Shown here in pieces: positions 1 through 8,608 of a stretch of DNA of 64,000 nucleotides. Location of the stretch: contig JAYTTT010000112.1 of the NCBI GenBank assembly GCA_043744895.1, positions 3,381 through 67,380 on the forward strand, in the 5' to 3' direction. How positions within the stretch are numbered: position 1 is the first letter of the stretch; every line of letters starts with the position of its first letter. A model generated the notes under the pieces. It was given only the letters and a program-made list of their open reading frames with translations, did not search any database and had not been told where the DNA came from. A program made the position numbers and the translations under genes. This DNA is from Gemmatimonadota bacterium. GTDB lineage: Bacteria; Gemmatimonadota; Gemmatimonadetes; Gemmatimonadales; GWC2-71-9.

Positions 1-1266
1 CAGCGCCAAGAGCCCCGTCTCCGCGAGGAACTGACGGATCAAACGAGACCGGTTGGCGCCGAGCGTTGCCCGGAGGGCCACCTCCCTCGACCGGGAAGCT
101 CCCCGCGCCAGGAGCAGATTGGCCACGTTGACGCAGGCGACGATGAGCAGGAGCGCGACGGCGGCCAGGAGCAACCGAAACACCGGCCGAATCGCACCGA
201 AGACCACGTCCTCCAGTGGCTCTGCGAAGAACCCCCGCTCGGTGTTCGACTGCGGATACCGGGTCTCCAGCGTGGTCGCGAGCCCAGTGAGTTCCTCCTG
301 GAGCCGAGCGAGGCTGACACCGGGCCCGAGGCGCCCAACCGCGAGCACGGAGTGGCTGTCTCGGGACGACTCCGCCTCGCTGGCCCGGAGGGGGATCCAG
401 ACATCGGTCTCGCCGGCGCCGACGTACGGGGCATGGTAGGCGGCCCGGGCGTGAAGTTCATCGAGTCCGAAATCGGCGACGCGTGGGACGACGCCGACGA
501 CGGTGACCAAGGAATCGTTGAGACGGATTTCCGATCCGATGACGGCCGGGTCGGCGGCCAGACGGCCGCGCCAGAAACCCTCTCCGAGAACCGCTACCGC
601 CGGCCCGCCCGGCCGCGATTCCTCGGCGGTGAACACCCGGCCCCGAATCGGCCCGATTCCCATCAAGCTGAAATACTGGCCGGTGGTGAGGACGGCCGAG
701 AGCCGCAGCGGATCGCCGTCGGTCGGGCGAAAATTGAGTTGGACGCCGATGACCGGCGCCGAGACTGCGAGGCTCCGGACGTCTCGTTCGAGATCGGCGA
801 AGTCCGGGCCGGCCATCGGTTCACGAGTGGTTCCGGTTCGGCGGTCCGTGGCCCAAAGGACCGCGACCCGCTCCGGGTCCGGGACGCTGGTCGGTCGCAA
901 CAGGACGCCGTTCACGATGCTGAAGATCGCGGTGGTCGCTCCGATCCCGATCGCCAAGGTGGCCACCGCCACTGCGGTGAAGCTCGGCGTCCGGGCCAGT
1001 TGTCGCGCTGCGTACTGAAGGTCCCGGGTGATCTCCTCGGCCCAGCGGATGCCCCGTTCGTCCCGGGCGGATTCCCGGGCCTCGGGCCGGCTCCCGAACG
1101 CCACGGCGGCAAGCCGACGGGCCTCGGCCGGCGAGGCCCCGGCCCGGATGTGCTTCTCGGATTCCATCTCGAGATGGAACCGGATCTCGTCTTGGGTGTC
1201 CCGATCGGCCCGCGCGCCGGTCACCAGTCCGCGGAGCCGGCTCCATGTTTCCGACAGCCAAGTCAT
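1..1266 (-). CDS. ADOP/MacB-like ABC permease, N-terminal part (runs off the left edge)
   Basis: Manual translation from ATG at 1266 (ATGA overlap with padR stop): ...DEIRFHLEME...RDLQYAARQLARTPSFTAVAVATLAIGIGATTAIFSIVNGVLLRP..., later LLIACVNVANLLLARG..R.REVALRATLGA. No stop within the window. Confidence 0.9.
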   Translation of the reverse strand, partial: MTWLSETWSRLRGLVTGARADRDTQDEIRFHLEMESEKHIRAGASPAEARRLAAVAFGSRPEARESARDERGIRWAEEITRDLQYAARQLARTPSFTAVAVATLAIGIGATTAIFSIVNGVLLRPTSVPDPERVAVLWATDRRTGTTREPMAGPDFADLERDVRSLAVSAPVIGVQLNFRPTDGDPLRLSAVLTTGQYFSLMGIGPIRGRVFTAEESRPGGPAVAVLGEGFWRGRLAADPAVIGSEIRLNDSLVTVVGVVPRVADFGLDELHARAAYHAPYVGAGETDVWIPLRASEAESSRDSHSVLAVGRLGPGVSLARLQEELTGLATTLETRYPQSNTERGFFAEPLEDVVFGAIRPVFRLLLAAVALLLIVACVNVANLLLARGASRSREVALRATLGANRSRLIRQFLAETGLLAL

Positions 1267-1604
1267 CGTGCCTCCGCCCATTCGAGGATCCAGTTGACGG
1301 CGGCGGACGAGCGCTGCCAGCCGGCGCGCTCGTCGGCGAGGTGCTTGCGGCCCTTCATGGTCAGCTCGTAGAACCGGGCCCGGCGGTTGTTCTCGGTGAT
1401 CCGCCACTCGTCTTTGATCCGGCCCTGACGCTTCAGCCGTTCGAGGGCGGGATAGAGCGATCCCTGATTGACCGACAGCACTTGCCGCGACATGTGCTCG
1501 ATCCGCTGGGTGATGCCCCAGCCATGCATCGGTTCGTGCGAGAGCGTGCTCAAGATCAGGAGATCGAGGGTGCCTTGGAGAATGTCGGCCTGGGGGTTGG
1601 CCAC
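1263..1604 (-). CDS. PadR-family transcriptional regulator (acidobacterial type)
   Basis: ILQGTLDLLIL..L..EPMHGWGI...VNQGSLYPALERL...WRITENNRRARFYELT; GTG start with GAGGAG RBS; directly upstream of an ADOP permease. Confidence 0.93.
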   Translation of the reverse strand: MANPQADILQGTLDLLILSTLSHEPMHGWGITQRIEHMSRQVLSVNQGSLYPALERLKRQGRIKDEWRITENNRRARFYELTMKGRKHLADERAGWQRSSAAVNWILEWAEAR

Positions 1605-1612
1605 GGCTGCTC

Positions 1613-1661
1613 CTCTAGAGGGTCGAGAGTAGTGTAGCGTCTTTCTCTAGGCTGTCAAGGG
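1613..1661 (-). promoter_or_regulatory. sigma70 promoter of padR with two imperfect palindromic boxes (candidate PadR operators)
   Basis: Minus strand TTGACA (1653-1658), 16 bp spacer, TACACT (1631-1636); boxes CTCTAGAGGGTCGAGAG (1613-1629) and CTCTAGGCTGTCAAGGG (1645-1661). Confidence 0.7.
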
Positions 1662-1772
1662 AAGGTGGCGCGATGCTGGGCCGTCGGTGGCGCGCGGTCC
1701 GGCGCCGAGCCATTATTGAGCGGACGCCGTTACCCCCGTTCCATCGGACCAATTGGGAGCTCGAACCCCGCC

Positions 1773-3407
1773 ATGCGAAGGGCCCTTTCGTTATGCACCG
1801 TGGTGACCTGCCTCGCCATCCCGCTCGCGGCCCAGAAGCCGGCCGCGCCGCGACCTGACCCGCGGCTCGAATCGCTCAAGAAGTCGCTCATGGCCGACGT
1901 TGATTCTCGGGCCAAGCAGACCCAGGAGATCAACGACCAGATCTTCAGCTACGGCGAGCTCGGCTTCCAGGAATTCGAGACCTCGAAATATCTGGTGACC
2001 CTCCTTCGCAAGGAGGGGTTCACGGTTGAGGAAGGCTACGCCGGCATGCCGACGGGCTGGGTGGCCACCTGGGGCACCGGCAAGCCGGTGATTGCGGTGG
2101 GCTCCGACATCGACGGGATCCCCCAAGCGTCCCAGATGCCCGGTGTCGCCTGCCGGCAACCGATGATTCCCGGCGCCCCGGGCCACGGTGAAGGGCACAA
2201 TTCGGGGCAGGCCGTGGTGGTCACGGCCGCGCTGGCGGTCAAGAAGCTGATGGAACGGGAACACCTCTCCGGCACGATCAAGGTCTGGCCGGGCGTGGCC
2301 GAGGAACAGCTGGGCGCGAAGGCGTTCTTTACCCGGGCCGGATTGTTCAAGGATGTGGACATCAGCTTCTTCACCCACGTGTATGACAAATTTTCGACCC
2401 CGTGGGGCGCCCCCAACGAATACAGCGGCCTGGTGTCGGTCCTCTATTCTTTCCAGGGCATCAGTGCTCACGCGGCCGGGGCGCCGTGGCGGGGCCGGAG
2501 TGCGCTCGACGCCGTCGAGCTGATGAACGTCGGCTGGAACTACCGGCGCGAGCATCTCCGGCTCGAGCACCGGTCCCACTACGTGATCCGCGACGGCGGC
2601 GACCAGCCGAACGTGGTGCCTTCGACTGCCTCGGTCTGGTACTTCCTCCGGGAACTCGACGCGCCGAAAATTCGGGATCTCTGGGCCATTGCCGATTCGG
2701 TGGCGGCCGGCGCAGCCCTGATGACGGGCACCAAGCTGGCGAGCGTCCGGGTTTTGGGCGCGGCGTGGCCTCCCCACTTCAACAAGCCGGTCGCTGAGGC
2801 CCTCGCGGCCAACATCCAGCGGGTCGGGATGCCCAAATGGTCGGCCGACGACATTCGCTTCGCCAAGGCGATTCAGCACGAGATGGGGCAGCCGGAGCAA
2901 GGTCTCGACACCCTGACCCTGGGTCTCGCTGCCCCGCCGAAGGATGCCGACCGGAAGGGCGGCGGTTCGGACGACATCGGTGACGTGTCGTGGGCGGTGC
3001 CAACGGTTCAGCTGTTCTATCCCTCGAACGTCCCGGGCACCCCCGGGCACAATTGGGCCGACGCCATCGCGATGGCCACCCCGATCGCCCACAAGGGCGC
3101 GACGGCCGGCGCCAAGGCGCTGGCGCTGACGATGCTCGACGTGCTGACCACCACGAAGTTGGTGACCGACGCGTGGGACTACTACCGCAATGTCCAGACG
3201 AAGGACACCAAGTACGAATCATTCCTTCGTCCCGATGACCGGCCCGCCACCGAGCTCAACGCCCAGATCCTGGCCCGGTTTCGAGATCAAATGCGGCCGT
3301 TCTACTATGATGCCGCCACGTACCCGACTTATCTCGACCAGCTCGGCATCAAGTATCCGACCGTCCGGGCCGCCGACGGCAGTTGCGGCGCCAAGGCGAC
3401 GCCATGA
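1773..3407 (+). CDS. Secreted M20 amidohydrolase (AbgB-like), copy 1
   Basis: Signal peptide MRRALSLCTVVTCLAIPLAAQ; motifs ELGFQEFETS, GSDIDGIP, GHGEGHN, GVAEE, AHAAGAPWRGRSALDAVELM, GGSDDIGDVSW. Confidence 0.88.
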   Translation: MRRALSLCTVVTCLAIPLAAQKPAAPRPDPRLESLKKSLMADVDSRAKQTQEINDQIFSYGELGFQEFETSKYLVTLLRKEGFTVEEGYAGMPTGWVATWGTGKPVIAVGSDIDGIPQASQMPGVACRQPMIPGAPGHGEGHNSGQAVVVTAALAVKKLMEREHLSGTIKVWPGVAEEQLGAKAFFTRAGLFKDVDISFFTHVYDKFSTPWGAPNEYSGLVSVLYSFQGISAHAAGAPWRGRSALDAVELMNVGWNYRREHLRLEHRSHYVIRDGGDQPNVVPSTASVWYFLRELDAPKIRDLWAIADSVAAGAALMTGTKLASVRVLGAAWPPHFNKPVAEALAANIQRVGMPKWSADDIRFAKAIQHEMGQPEQGLDTLTLGLAAPPKDADRKGGGSDDIGDVSWAVPTVQLFYPSNVPGTPGHNWADAIAMATPIAHKGATAGAKALALTMLDVLTTTKLVTDAWDYYRNVQTKDTKYESFLRPDDRPATELNAQILARFRDQMRPFYYDAATYPTYLDQLGIKYPTVRAADGSCGAKATP

Positions 3408-5047
3408 GAACTCCGATCCGCACTCTGATGCTGACGGCCCTGACCCTGACTTCGGCCGGCAACGTTCTTGGAGCCCAGGCCAAACCGCCCAAGCCTGATC
3501 CGCGGCTGGCCAAACTCAAACAGGAAGTCGTGGCCGACGTCGAGGCCCGGGCCAAGTTCACCCAGGAGCTGGTCGACCAGGTCTTCAGCTTCGGGGAACT
3601 CGGCTTTCAGGAGTTCGAGACCTCGAAATTCCTGGTGAGCGTTCTTCGGAAGGAAGGCTTTACGGTCGAGGAGAACTACGCTGGCATTCCCACGGCTTGG
3701 GTGGCGACGTGGGGTTCTGGGAAGCCGGTCATTTCGTTAGGCTCCGACATCGACGGAATTCCCCAGGCGTCGCAGATGCCCGGGGTGGCCTGCCGGGCCC
3801 CGATGGTGCCGGGCGGCCCGGGTCACGGCGAGGGGCACAACGCGGGGCAGCCGCTCAACATCACGGCCGCTCTCGCGGTCAAGCGGCTGATGGAACGAGA
3901 CCGGATTTCCGGGACGATCAAGCTCTGGCCCGGCGTGGCCGAGGAGCAGATCGGGACCAAGGCCTACTTCGTCCGGGCCGGCCTGTTTCGCGATGTCGAC
4001 ATCAACATCTTCAGCCACGTCGCCAGCAAGTTCGACGTTCAATGGGGCCAGCCGGATGGCACCGGGCTCGTGTCGGTCGAGTACACCTTCCGGGGCCAGT
4101 CGGCCCACGCGGCCGGCGCCCCGTGGCGGGGCCGGAGCGCCCTCGACGCCGTCGAGTTGATGAACGTCGGGTGGAATTACCGCCGCGAGCACCTCAGGCT
4201 GCCGCACCGGTCGCACTACGTGGTGACCAACGGCGGCGACCAGCCCAACGTCGTCCCGCAGGTGGCCTCGGTCTGGTACTACTTCCGCGAGCTCGACTAC
4301 CCGAGCATCAAGACCCTCTGGGCCATCGGCGATTCGGTGGCGCAGGGCGCCGCGATGATGACCGGGACCACCCTCGAACCGACTCGGGTGTTAGGCTCGG
4401 CCTGGCCCAACCACCACAACAAGCCGATCGCCGTGGCGATGCTCGAGAACATCAAGCACGTCGGGATGCCCAAGTGGTCGGCTGACGACCAGCGGTTCGC
4501 CAAGGCGCTGCAGACGGAAATGAAGGTCAAGGTCCAGGGCCTCGACAGCGCCGTGTCGGACACACTCCAGACGCCCCCCAAGATGGAAGACATGAAAGGG
4601 GGCGGTTCCGACGACATCGGCGACGTGACCTGGACCCTGCCGTCGGTGACGCTGCGGTTTCCGTCGAACATTCCCGGCCTGCCGGGGCACAATTGGACCG
4701 ATGCGATCGCCATGGCCACGCCGGTGGCCCACCAAGGCGCCACCGCCGGAGCGAAGGCCATGGCCATGACCATGCTCGACATCCTGCTCACGCCGAAGCT
4801 GATCACCGATGCGTGGGACTACTTCAAGAACGTCCAGACCAAGGATGTGAAATACGAGCCGCTGATTCGGCCGGACGACCGGCCCGCGATCCACCTCAAC
4901 GCCGCGATCCTGGCCAAATACCGAGACCAGCTCCGGCCGTTCTACTACGATCCGGCCAAGTACAAGACCTACCTCGACCAGTTGGGGATCAAGTACCCCA
5001 CGGTCCGCTCTCCCGATGGGACCTGCGGGGCCAAAGCCGTGCCTTGA
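3404..5047 (+). CDS. Secreted M20 amidohydrolase (AbgB-like), copy 2
   Basis: ATGA overlap with copy 1; signal peptide; same motifs, collinear over the full length. Confidence 0.88.
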   Translation: MRTPIRTLMLTALTLTSAGNVLGAQAKPPKPDPRLAKLKQEVVADVEARAKFTQELVDQVFSFGELGFQEFETSKFLVSVLRKEGFTVEENYAGIPTAWVATWGSGKPVISLGSDIDGIPQASQMPGVACRAPMVPGGPGHGEGHNAGQPLNITAALAVKRLMERDRISGTIKLWPGVAEEQIGTKAYFVRAGLFRDVDINIFSHVASKFDVQWGQPDGTGLVSVEYTFRGQSAHAAGAPWRGRSALDAVELMNVGWNYRREHLRLPHRSHYVVTNGGDQPNVVPQVASVWYYFRELDYPSIKTLWAIGDSVAQGAAMMTGTTLEPTRVLGSAWPNHHNKPIAVAMLENIKHVGMPKWSADDQRFAKALQTEMKVKVQGLDSAVSDTLQTPPKMEDMKGGGSDDIGDVTWTLPSVTLRFPSNIPGLPGHNWTDAIAMATPVAHQGATAGAKAMAMTMLDILLTPKLITDAWDYFKNVQTKDVKYEPLIRPDDRPAIHLNAAILAKYRDQLRPFYYDPAKYKTYLDQLGIKYPTVRSPDGTCGAKAVP

Positions 5048-5120
5048 GAACCGGGCCGGTGTGCAAGGGTGACGGCTGCCGGACTCTCCCAGGCCGTCAC
5101 TCTTTCAGAAAATGGTTCCG

Positions 5121-6002
5121 ATGCGAATCCGCTCCGAAGTCACGGCCCTTCTGGTGTTCGTCAGTGCCTGCAGCATGGCCGCTCGTTCCAGCGCCCCCGC
5201 CGAAGAGTCTCCAACGAGTCCCAAAATGGCGGTTGCCTCCGACCTGAACACGCTTCGGGCCATGCCGGCCGGATTGGCGGCACCCGATGCCGCCCGTCAG
5301 GGCGGGATCGTCCTGCCGTCCCAGATGATCATCCGCACCGGTCAGGTCGCCATCGAGGTCGATTCGCTCGAGCGGGCCATCCGTCTGGTGGGCGAGGCCG
5401 CGACGGCGGCCGGCGGCTTCCTGGCCAATACCTCGATCCAGACCGGCCAGAACGCCCCCCGGACCGCCACTCTCGAAGTGAAGATCCCATCCGACCGATA
5501 CCAGGGGACATTCGATCGACTGAACCAGGTCGGCAAGGTCAGGTCGGCGACCACCACCAGCCAGGATGTCGGCGAAGAATTCGTCGACGTGTCGGCCCGG
5601 GTATCCAATGCCCGAAAACTCGAGGATCGGCTCCTTAACCTGCTGGCCACCCGGACCGGGAAGCTCGATGACGTCCTCACGGTCGAGCGCGAGCTGGCCC
5701 GGGTTCGCGAGGAAATCGAGCGGTATGAGGGGAGGATTCGGTACCTCAAGGCGCAGGTCTCGATGAGTACCATCGCCATTACCGTCTTCGAGCCGAGCCC
5801 GCTGGTAGGCGCCCCCGGGGACAACGTCTTGGTCCAGGCGCTGAAGGAGAGTTGGCGGAACTTCGTGTCGGTGATCGCCGGCGGGATCGCGGCGGCCGGC
5901 GGCCTAATTCCAGTGGTGGTGCTGGCGGGGCTCGGGCTGCTGGTGTTCCGGGCCGGCTGGCGGCGACTCCGCCCGTCGGCCGGCGCGATCAGCGGATCGT
6001 AG
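5121..6002 (+). CDS. DUF4349-domain lipoprotein
   Basis: Lipobox-like FVSAC; MIIRTG..IEV, QDVGEEFVDV.AR..N....E.RL, VERELARVREEIERYEGR; C-terminal TM segment. Confidence 0.8.
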   Translation: MRIRSEVTALLVFVSACSMAARSSAPAEESPTSPKMAVASDLNTLRAMPAGLAAPDAARQGGIVLPSQMIIRTGQVAIEVDSLERAIRLVGEAATAAGGFLANTSIQTGQNAPRTATLEVKIPSDRYQGTFDRLNQVGKVRSATTTSQDVGEEFVDVSARVSNARKLEDRLLNLLATRTGKLDDVLTVERELARVREEIERYEGRIRYLKAQVSMSTIAITVFEPSPLVGAPGDNVLVQALKESWRNFVSVIAGGIAAAGGLIPVVVLAGLGLLVFRAGWRRLRPSAGAISGS

Positions 6003-6447
6003 GCGGCGCGATGAACCCCCGCTCGATCGGCGTGGCCAGGTCGGGCGGGGCGGGGGGGCGGAAGCAGAGATCGATTGCCAGGTACACGGTTTTGGTCACC
6101 GGGAAGATCACCACCGGCGTCACCACCACCGTGGCGAGTCCGCCCGCCAGCAGCGCATTCCAGGGTACGGCGGGCCAGGTCGCCACCATCGCCGCCACGA
6201 AGAAGACACAAAAGGCCACTTCGGTGGCGAACAGGTTGATGGTGTAGCTGCCGAGCCAATAGCCCGGCTCATGACGGTCGAGGCGAAATCCGCAGACCGG
6301 GCAGGACGGGCAGACGGTGAACCAGCTCAGAAAAATCGGGTGACCGCCGCAGACCGGACAACGAAGCCGGAGCGCCCGGGAGAACAGGGTCCGGGGCGGC
6401 GGAAACGGGTCGGGTCCTGCCTGCCGGTGGCGAGGAATCGGGGCCGC
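5989..6447 (-). CDS. DUF983-family membrane protein (start uncertain)
   Basis: RALRLRCPVCG...CPSCPVCG.RLDR.EPGYWLGS followed by two TM helices; no clear ATG after the groES-like stop. Confidence 0.7.
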   Translation of the reverse strand, partial: AAPIPRHRQAGPDPFPPPRTLFSRALRLRCPVCGGHPIFLSWFTVCPSCPVCGFRLDRHEPGYWLGSYTINLFATEVAFCVFFVAAMVATWPAVPWNALLAGGLATVVVTPVVIFPVTKTVYLAIDLCFRPPAPPDLATPIERGFIAPPTIR

Positions 6448-6448
6448 C

Positions 6449-6817
6449 CTAGATCGGAAGCTCGTCGCGAACCAACACCAGGATCGCTGCTTGAGGGACG
6501 ACGAGGTATTTCTTGTCCTCGAAGCTGATTTCAACCGCCGCTTTGCGAAAGAAAATCGCCTGGTCGCCCACCCGGGCCTGCATCGGGCGGAAGCGGGGAG
6601 TTTTTTCCATGGCCCGCCATGGCTCCTCGTCGAAAGTCGAGAGGTCCGGAACCGGGTCGCCCTGGCCGGTGGCGACGATCAGGCCGCTTTGGACCTGCTG
6701 GGTGTCGATGGCGGTGGCCGGGAGGTAAAGCCCAACCCGGGTCCGCTCCTCACCGTCACCGGGGGTGATCAGGACCCGATCACCCACGACCAGAATCTTC
6801 TTGGGCGGAAACTCCAT
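6449..6817 (-). CDS. GroES/Cpn10-like co-chaperonin (orphan)
   Basis: VVGDRVLI, RTRVGLYLP, G.IVA.G.G, VGDQAIF, KKYLVV...IL; no groEL in the window. Confidence 0.8.
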   Translation of the reverse strand: MEFPPKKILVVGDRVLITPGDGEERTRVGLYLPATAIDTQQVQSGLIVATGQGDPVPDLSTFDEEPWRAMEKTPRFRPMQARVGDQAIFFRKAAVEISFEDKKYLVVPQAAILVLVRDELPI

Positions 6818-6821
6818 AGTC

Positions 6822-7292
6822 CTACTTTGCCTGGTGGACGGTGATCAATGCGATCAGCTTGAGCCGACGAGACATGGTTGGGAGGCGGAGCTGGACCTCT
6901 TCGCCGACCTTCTTGTCCATCAGCGCCCGGCCGAGCGGCGACATCAGTGAAATGTGGCCGGCGTCGATGTCCATCATCTCGGCCAAGACCAGTTGGAACG
7001 TCTCGGTTTCGTCGGTCTCGAGGTCGGTGACCGTGACCTTCGATCCGAGGCCGACCCGGTCCTTGGGAGCCTCGGTGTTGGCCAGTTGCGCCACCTGGGA
7101 AAGCCGCAGATGCAATTGGCCGAGGCGGGCCTGTACCAGTTGCTGGCGTTCCAGGGCGGCCTTGTATTCCGAATTTTCCCGGAGGTCTCCCATGGCCACG
7201 GCGGTGGCGATGGCTTGGGGGAGGGTGACCATGAGTTCATGGCTCAGTGCCTCGATCTCCTTGCCAAGTTTTTCCCGCATTTCCTGAATCAT
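6822..7292 (-). CDS. greA: Transcription elongation factor GreA/GreB family
   Basis: AMGDLRENSEYKAALERQ, VGLGSKVTV, ISLMSPLGRAL..KKVGEEV. Confidence 0.9.
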   Translation of the reverse strand: MIQEMREKLGKEIEALSHELMVTLPQAIATAVAMGDLRENSEYKAALERQQLVQARLGQLHLRLSQVAQLANTEAPKDRVGLGSKVTVTDLETDETETFQLVLAEMMDIDAGHISLMSPLGRALMDKKVGEEVQLRLPTMSRRLKLIALITVHQAK

Positions 7293-7309
7293 GTCGGCCT
7301 GCCTGGGAC

Positions 7310-7341
7310 AAAAAGAAGCCGGCCCGGTCGGGGTGGCCGGC
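7310..7341 (-). terminator. Intrinsic terminator-like hairpin in the greA 5' leader
   Basis: Minus strand GCCGGCC-10nt-GGCCGGC followed by TTCTTTTT, 17 nt before the greA ATG; the upstream gene is divergent. Confidence 0.6.
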
Positions 7342-7495
7342 CGGGCGCCAAGTGTCGCTCAGGTATGAAGATAGCAATTTCCGGGTTGGAACGGAACACG
7401 GTTGACCCAACCGATTGGGCAGGCTAATTTTCAGGGTACTTCATCGGGTTCGATGCAACCTCGGTCCCTGTCCCCACATTTCGGACGCACAACGC

Positions 7496-8593
7496 ATGGA
7501 TAAAGGCCTCAGACGCGCTTGGCGCGCGTGGCTGGCTCGGGCCCTCGGGCTCGGACTCTTGTTGTTCGTAGCGGCCTGCGCCAAGGACTATCCGCAGACC
7601 ACCCTGGCGCCGAAATCCGATATCACCCGGATGATCGACAGTCTGTTCCGAACCACCTTCTGGTGGGCCACCGCGGTGTTCGTCCTGGTCGAGGGCGCCT
7701 TGGTGTACGCCCTGTGGCGGTTCCGGGCCAAGCCGAATGATCCGGAGCCGGAGCAGAGCCACGGCAACACCACGGTCGAGATCCTTTGGACGGTGATCCC
7801 CGCCATCATCTTGGTGTTCATCGCGATTCCGACGGTCAAGACCATCTTCAAGACCTCGGTGCCGGCGCCCAACCCCGACGTCGAAGTCGAGGTCATCGGC
7901 CACCAGTGGTGGTGGGAATACCGGTTCCCGAAGCTCGGGATCGTGACGGCCAACGAGTTGGTGGTGCCTCAGGGCAAGATGATCGGGCTCCGGATGTGGA
8001 GCGCCGACGTGCTCCACAGCTGGTGGTCGCCGCAGTTGGCCTCGAAGCGCGATGTCTTCCCGATTTTCTCGCAGACCAAATTCAAGAAGGTCAACCCGCT
8101 CTGGTTCACGGCCGACACGGCCGGCGACTACACCGGGCAGTGCGCCGAGCTCTGCGGGATTCAGCATGGGCGGATGGGGCATCGAGTCATCGTCAAGAGC
8201 CAGGCCGACTTCGATCAGTGGGTCGCGGCCACCCGGATCGGCTCACCGCTAGTGAACGGTGGCAAGATTGATCCGGGGCTCGACAGCAGCTGGAAGCGCG
8301 ACACGATTCATACCAAGGGCCAGGCGGCGTTTCTCGCGGGTGGGTGCATCAGCTGTCACGCGATGGTGGGCACTCCGCTGGCCGGCGCGCTCAAGCTCCG
8401 GGGCCCGAATCTGAGTCACATCGGCGGACGGACCACGATCGGCGCGAATATGTACGAGAACACGCCGACCAATCTGGCGCAGTGGCTTCGGGATCCCCAG
8501 GGGATGAAGAAGGGCAGTCACATGATCCTTCCGCGTCCCTTGACTGAACCGGAGATTTCGGCCTTGGTGGCCTATCTCCGCATGCACAAGTAA
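7496..8593 (+). CDS. coxB: Cytochrome c oxidase subunit II with fused cytochrome c (caa3 type)
   Basis: HGNTTVEILWT, GHQWWWEY, DVLHSW, CuA motif CAELCGIQHGRM, heme c motif CISCH, lipobox-like AAC. Confidence 0.95.
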   Translation: MDKGLRRAWRAWLARALGLGLLLFVAACAKDYPQTTLAPKSDITRMIDSLFRTTFWWATAVFVLVEGALVYALWRFRAKPNDPEPEQSHGNTTVEILWTVIPAIILVFIAIPTVKTIFKTSVPAPNPDVEVEVIGHQWWWEYRFPKLGIVTANELVVPQGKMIGLRMWSADVLHSWWSPQLASKRDVFPIFSQTKFKKVNPLWFTADTAGDYTGQCAELCGIQHGRMGHRVIVKSQADFDQWVAATRIGSPLVNGGKIDPGLDSSWKRDTIHTKGQAAFLAGGCISCHAMVGTPLAGALKLRGPNLSHIGGRTTIGANMYENTPTNLAQWLRDPQGMKKGSHMILPRPLTEPEISALVAYLRMHK

Positions 8594-8608
8594 GGCGAGG
8601 CAACGGCT

